Source: Patescibacteria group bacterium (lineage in GTDB: Bacteria > Patescibacteriota > Patescibacteriia > UBA10025 > JAHIVO01). From it: a stretch of DNA of 64,000 nt. Below are positions 61,093-64,000 of the stretch, piece after piece. Where the stretch lies: NCBI GenBank assembly GCA_041660605.1, contig JBAZWB010000002.1:239940-303939 (forward strand), read 5' to 3'. Made by a program: the position numbers and the translations under genes. How positions within the stretch are numbered: position 1 is the stretch's first letter; each line of letters begins with the position of its first letter. The notes beneath the pieces were generated by a model, which saw only the letters and a program-made list of their open reading frames with translations, was not told the origin of the DNA and searched no databases.

Positions 61093-61962
61093 ATGAACGT
61101 ACAACAATTAATTCAACAAATAACCCCCCTTTACAATAACTACAAAAGGAGAAAGAACAATATTTCTGGGACAGCGGCTCTCGAAATAATGTGGGATATA
61201 GGTGATTTATTAAAAACAAGAATTGATACCGACAGTATTGCTCCACACACATTATACCGAAATATTTATGGCAAATCGGAAGGGAAAGACAACATCACCC
61301 AAAAAAGTTATATAACAAGAGAATTTTTAAGTCGCTCTTACCGAATAAGAAAGTACTTTAGCAATAAAGATCAAATCCAGCAACAGCTACCGAGCCTGAA
61401 AAAATTTATTTTTTTCCGAGAAGCAATGCCGTTTTTTGATAATAAAAAATATAAACTCTCTGGCGATGAAGGAAAAAAATTGATTAATCTATTAAACAGT
61501 AACCTAACGGATAAACAAATACTTTCTTCAATTAAGGTTTTGCAAAAACAAAAAATTAACATACGGAATCCCCGAAGTCAAAAATTACATGAGCTTGAAA
61601 ACGAAAAAGTAATTTTCATCAATTTTTATAATTACATTTATTCATTTTTTAAACATAAAGATTACCGAGCAGCTCAACAACAGTTAGACAATAATCGTAT
61701 TATGCCTAATTATATTAAAGATTTGGCCAGGAATACTAGCTCAATGTCTCAAGATGGGCTAAAAAACTATAACCTACAGATACCACTGATGATCGGAGTA
61801 ATTTGGCAGCAATTCTCTGAAATGGTTAATAACCTCAATAAAGATAGTGATCCTAAAAAACGAAGAAGGTTTAGGAGGCTTATATCACCCGAAAGAATTG
61901 TAAGGCTCGCGGACATGTTATTCGCTCTCACTTCTGAAAATAATTACAAAAACTTTAAATAA
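61093..61962 (+). CDS. Hypothetical protein (operon partner 2)
   Basis: 6-bp gap from the ATPase gene. 289 aa, no recognised motif. Confidence 0.5.
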   Translation: MNVQQLIQQITPLYNNYKRRKNNISGTAALEIMWDIGDLLKTRIDTDSIAPHTLYRNIYGKSEGKDNITQKSYITREFLSRSYRIRKYFSNKDQIQQQLPSLKKFIFFREAMPFFDNKKYKLSGDEGKKLINLLNSNLTDKQILSSIKVLQKQKINIRNPRSQKLHELENEKVIFINFYNYIYSFFKHKDYRAAQQQLDNNRIMPNYIKDLARNTSSMSQDGLKNYNLQIPLMIGVIWQQFSEMVNNLNKDSDPKKRRRFRRLISPERIVRLADMLFALTSENNYKNFK

Positions 61963-61976
61963 TTAATAATAATCAT

Positions 61977-62549
61977 ATGCAAGAAAAAATCGATAGCGAG
62001 TTAAACGCAATTAACAACATTATCAAATCTCTTGAATCTCTGGATGAGGCGGCCAAAAAGCGCGTTCTTAGTTACGTATCAGAAAGGTTGGGTCTAAATA
62101 CTCTAGGCAAGCCCGGATTTTCTAATGAAGTCAAACCCTCTCAAATTAATCAAAATGCTCCAACTGGACAGGATCAAATAATAAATCTGGGGTTAAAAGA
62201 TAGTGTGGTTGATATTAGGACCCTAAAAGATCAAAAATCGCCAAAGACAGCTACACAAATGGCGGCCTTAGTAGCTTTTTATTTACAAGAATATTCGCCT
62301 GAAAATGAACGCAAAGAAATAATAAAGCCACAGGACATAACAAAATATTTTAAGCAAGCGAATTATCCCTTACCCAAAGGAAGACCAATAGTTACACTAG
62401 TAAATGCAAAAAATGCTGGCTACCTCGAATCAGTCGGCGAAAGCGCGTTCAAATTAAACCCGGTTGGCTATAATTTAATTGCCCATCAACTTTCTGAAGA
62501 AAAAAGTAGCGGTAATTCAAAAAGGCAACACAGGGCAAAGAAAAAATAA
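61977..62549 (+). CDS. Hypothetical protein (operon partner 3)
   Basis: 190 aa with a basic C-terminus. Confidence 0.5.
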   Translation: MQEKIDSELNAINNIIKSLESLDEAAKKRVLSYVSERLGLNTLGKPGFSNEVKPSQINQNAPTGQDQIINLGLKDSVVDIRTLKDQKSPKTATQMAALVAFYLQEYSPENERKEIIKPQDITKYFKQANYPLPKGRPIVTLVNAKNAGYLESVGESAFKLNPVGYNLIAHQLSEEKSSGNSKRQHRAKKK

Positions 62550-62551
62550 AT

Positions 62552-63406
62552 ATGGTTTCGTCGATTGCGAAAATCCAAGAAGTACCATTTGACTCCTTTA
62601 AACCCAAGCTAGAAATAATAGAAAAAAAGGTAAAAGGAGTAAAATTTAAACAGATCAATTCAAAGTCTCTTAGACAGGAGATCAGGCAAACGGTACAAGA
62701 TTATTTTAGAAATCTGCGTCTTGAACTGATACAGTACAATTTTTCATTAGACGCATTAGATAGCAATATGCAGGAGCTGTTAAAATTAACAAATGGTAGA
62801 TCCTTGAAAAAAATATATACTACTAAAATAAAAAGTTCTAAAAAGATAATGGAAAACCTGGAAATCGAGCGAGAATACAATTTTAGTAACCCACAGAATA
62901 GAACAAAGTCCCTGCCACTTGATGTTGAATTAAAAATTATTCAGACTTTAAATAATCTTATACCAGCAATTGGGAACTCCTATAAACAGATAATTTCTGA
63001 TTTAAATGACGATAATAGAATCTCTTTTCGTGGAACCACAGCTGAACTCCGTGAAGTTTTAAGAGAGGTTTTAGACAATCTTGCTCCAGACCAAGAAGTC
63101 AAACAACAGAAAGATTTTAAACTCGAGCCGAACACTCATAAACCAACAATGAAACAAAAAGTACGTTTTATTTTAAAGGCTAGAGGACAAAACAAAACTG
63201 AGATGAATACAACTGAAAACACTACCGCCTTAGTTGATGGATCTCAAGAAATGATAGCCACGATTGCAAGATCAACTTATGAAAAAGGATCTGTTGGCAC
63301 TCATACGGATAAAGGATCCCCAAAAGCTAGCTGTAAGCAATATAAAATGTATGTTGATAGTGTTTTATGTGAATTATTGGAAATACATAATTTGCCGATG
63401 AAGTAA
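62552..63406 (+). CDS. Hypothetical protein (operon partner 4)
   Basis: 284 aa. Starts 3 bp after the previous stop. Confidence 0.5.
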   Translation: MVSSIAKIQEVPFDSFKPKLEIIEKKVKGVKFKQINSKSLRQEIRQTVQDYFRNLRLELIQYNFSLDALDSNMQELLKLTNGRSLKKIYTTKIKSSKKIMENLEIEREYNFSNPQNRTKSLPLDVELKIIQTLNNLIPAIGNSYKQIISDLNDDNRISFRGTTAELREVLREVLDNLAPDQEVKQQKDFKLEPNTHKPTMKQKVRFILKARGQNKTEMNTTENTTALVDGSQEMIATIARSTYEKGSVGTHTDKGSPKASCKQYKMYVDSVLCELLEIHNLPMK

Positions 63407-63472
63407 TAATCTGATAAACTTATTCTGATTACCGAAATAGAGCGATAAGCGGCGCGCGCCGTACTCGGCGCC

Positions 63473-63618
63473 ACGAAAAATCTCCTTGTTTTTTTAAAAG
63501 CCCATTTAATTAATTTTTTTGCGGAGAGGGCAGGCGGGCGGAATTCCCCCCAAACCCCCCTTCCGCCCGCCTGAATTTACAAAAAGAAAGTCCGAACTTT
63601 TTGGTAAAAGCAGCTCCA
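63473..63618. repeat. IR-B, right copy (146 bp)
   Basis: Inverted match to 58415–58560. Ends in GCAGCTCCA, a direct repeat of the tRNA-Gly 3' end. Confidence 0.85.
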
Positions 63619-63654
63619 TCAAAAATAAACGAGAGAACAGTTATACAATAATTT

Positions 63655-64000
63655 ATGGCGAAACTCGTTCTTGTGCTCCACAACATCCGAAGTCGTTTCA
63701 ATGTAGGGGCGATTTTTCGCACGGCTGACGCAGCTGGCATAGATAAACTCTATTTAACCGGTATTACGCCAGCGCCACCGCATCCAAAAATAGAAAAAGT
63801 ATCTTTGGGCGCCGAACAATTTATCCCCTATGAAAAGCACCGTCAAACCAGCAGACTGCTGAAAAAACTTAAACTAGGGGGTTACCAAATAATTGCACTT
63901 GAACAATCGCGCCGTAGTATCTCATATTTTCAATATCGGCCACACTTTCCCCTAGCATTGATTATTGGCAATGAAGTAACTGGATTACCCGACTCTATTC
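63655..64000 (+). CDS. SpoU/TrmH-family RNA 2'-O-methyltransferase (3' end outside the window)
   Basis: NVGAIFRTADAAG SPOUT motif. The gene continues beyond the window. Confidence 0.7.
   Translation, partial: MAKLVLVLHNIRSRFNVGAIFRTADAAGIDKLYLTGITPAPPHPKIEKVSLGAEQFIPYEKHRQTSRLLKKLKLGGYQIIALEQSRRSISYFQYRPHFPLALIIGNEVTGLPDSI

Larger units (their letters stand above)
56795..63618. mobile_element. Putative integrative/invertible element at the tRNA-Gly(GCC) 3' end (serine-recombinase module plus cargo module)
   Basis: Direct repeat of the tRNA 3' end (C)GCTCCA at 56795–56800 and 63613–63618. An inverted core TGGAGC at 58415–58420. Nested 92-bp and 146-bp inverted repeats. A large serine recombinase is encoded inside. 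Confidence 0.65.

Noticed and set aside
56795-63618. Possibility that the long perfect inverted repeats are an assembly artefact
   Set aside because: This cannot be excluded from sequence alone. However the repeats are nested, they share a defined core with the tRNA end, and IR-B carries 5 mismatches, which is unlike a collapsed-repeat artefact. I kept this as a finding with that caveat.

Overview
This is a 64-kb chromosomal window from a bacterium of moderate-to-low GC content. It has RNase Y, K/E/P-rich tails on several ribosomal proteins, and a 16S rRNA gene with no 23S gene downstream.

The left two-thirds (1–45 kb) is housekeeping:
- clpP, rny-ymdB and hup.
- ftsH, rpsA, gyrA, rpmF-nusB-rnc.
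- A complete de novo pyrimidine block: pyrB-pyrI-pyrD-pyrK, pyrC-pyrE-pyrF, then an ornithine/aspartate carbamoyltransferase-family gene.
- A PurS/PurL-like FGAM synthase with purQ, and a separate purM-like gene.
- A short hinge-less SMC-like ATPase, rpsP, a KH protein and trmD.

The right third (45–64 kb) is a plasticity zone:
- A stand-alone 16S rRNA with tRNA-Ile(GAT).
- tRNA-Phe, tRNA-Pro(TGG), tRNA-Gly(TCC), tRNA-Cys(GCA) and tRNA-Gly(GCC).
- Almost every tRNA has an adjacent disrupted or partial copy of itself, carrying short GC-rich hairpin insertions.
- A 1.4-kb AT-rich islet with a deaminase sits between direct repeats of the tRNA-Gly(TCC) 3' end.

The most interesting locus is a roughly 6.8-kb element inserted at the 3' end of tRNA-Gly(GCC), at 56795–63618:
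- It carries a large serine recombinase flanked by perfect 92-bp inverted repeats.
- A near-perfect 146-bp inverted repeat pair brackets a cargo of an XRE-type regulator plus a tight operon.
- The operon encodes a GHKL/MORC-type ATPase and three unknown proteins.
- All three recombination sites share a GCTCCA core.
- The operon is a candidate novel defence or accessory system.

Other oddities:
- A yeast-URA3-like pyrF.
- A 140-bp palindromic element present upstream of both pyrC and the carbamoyltransferase gene.
- A 1.1-kb ORF-poor structured region near rpmF.
- A family of repeated terminator hairpins.
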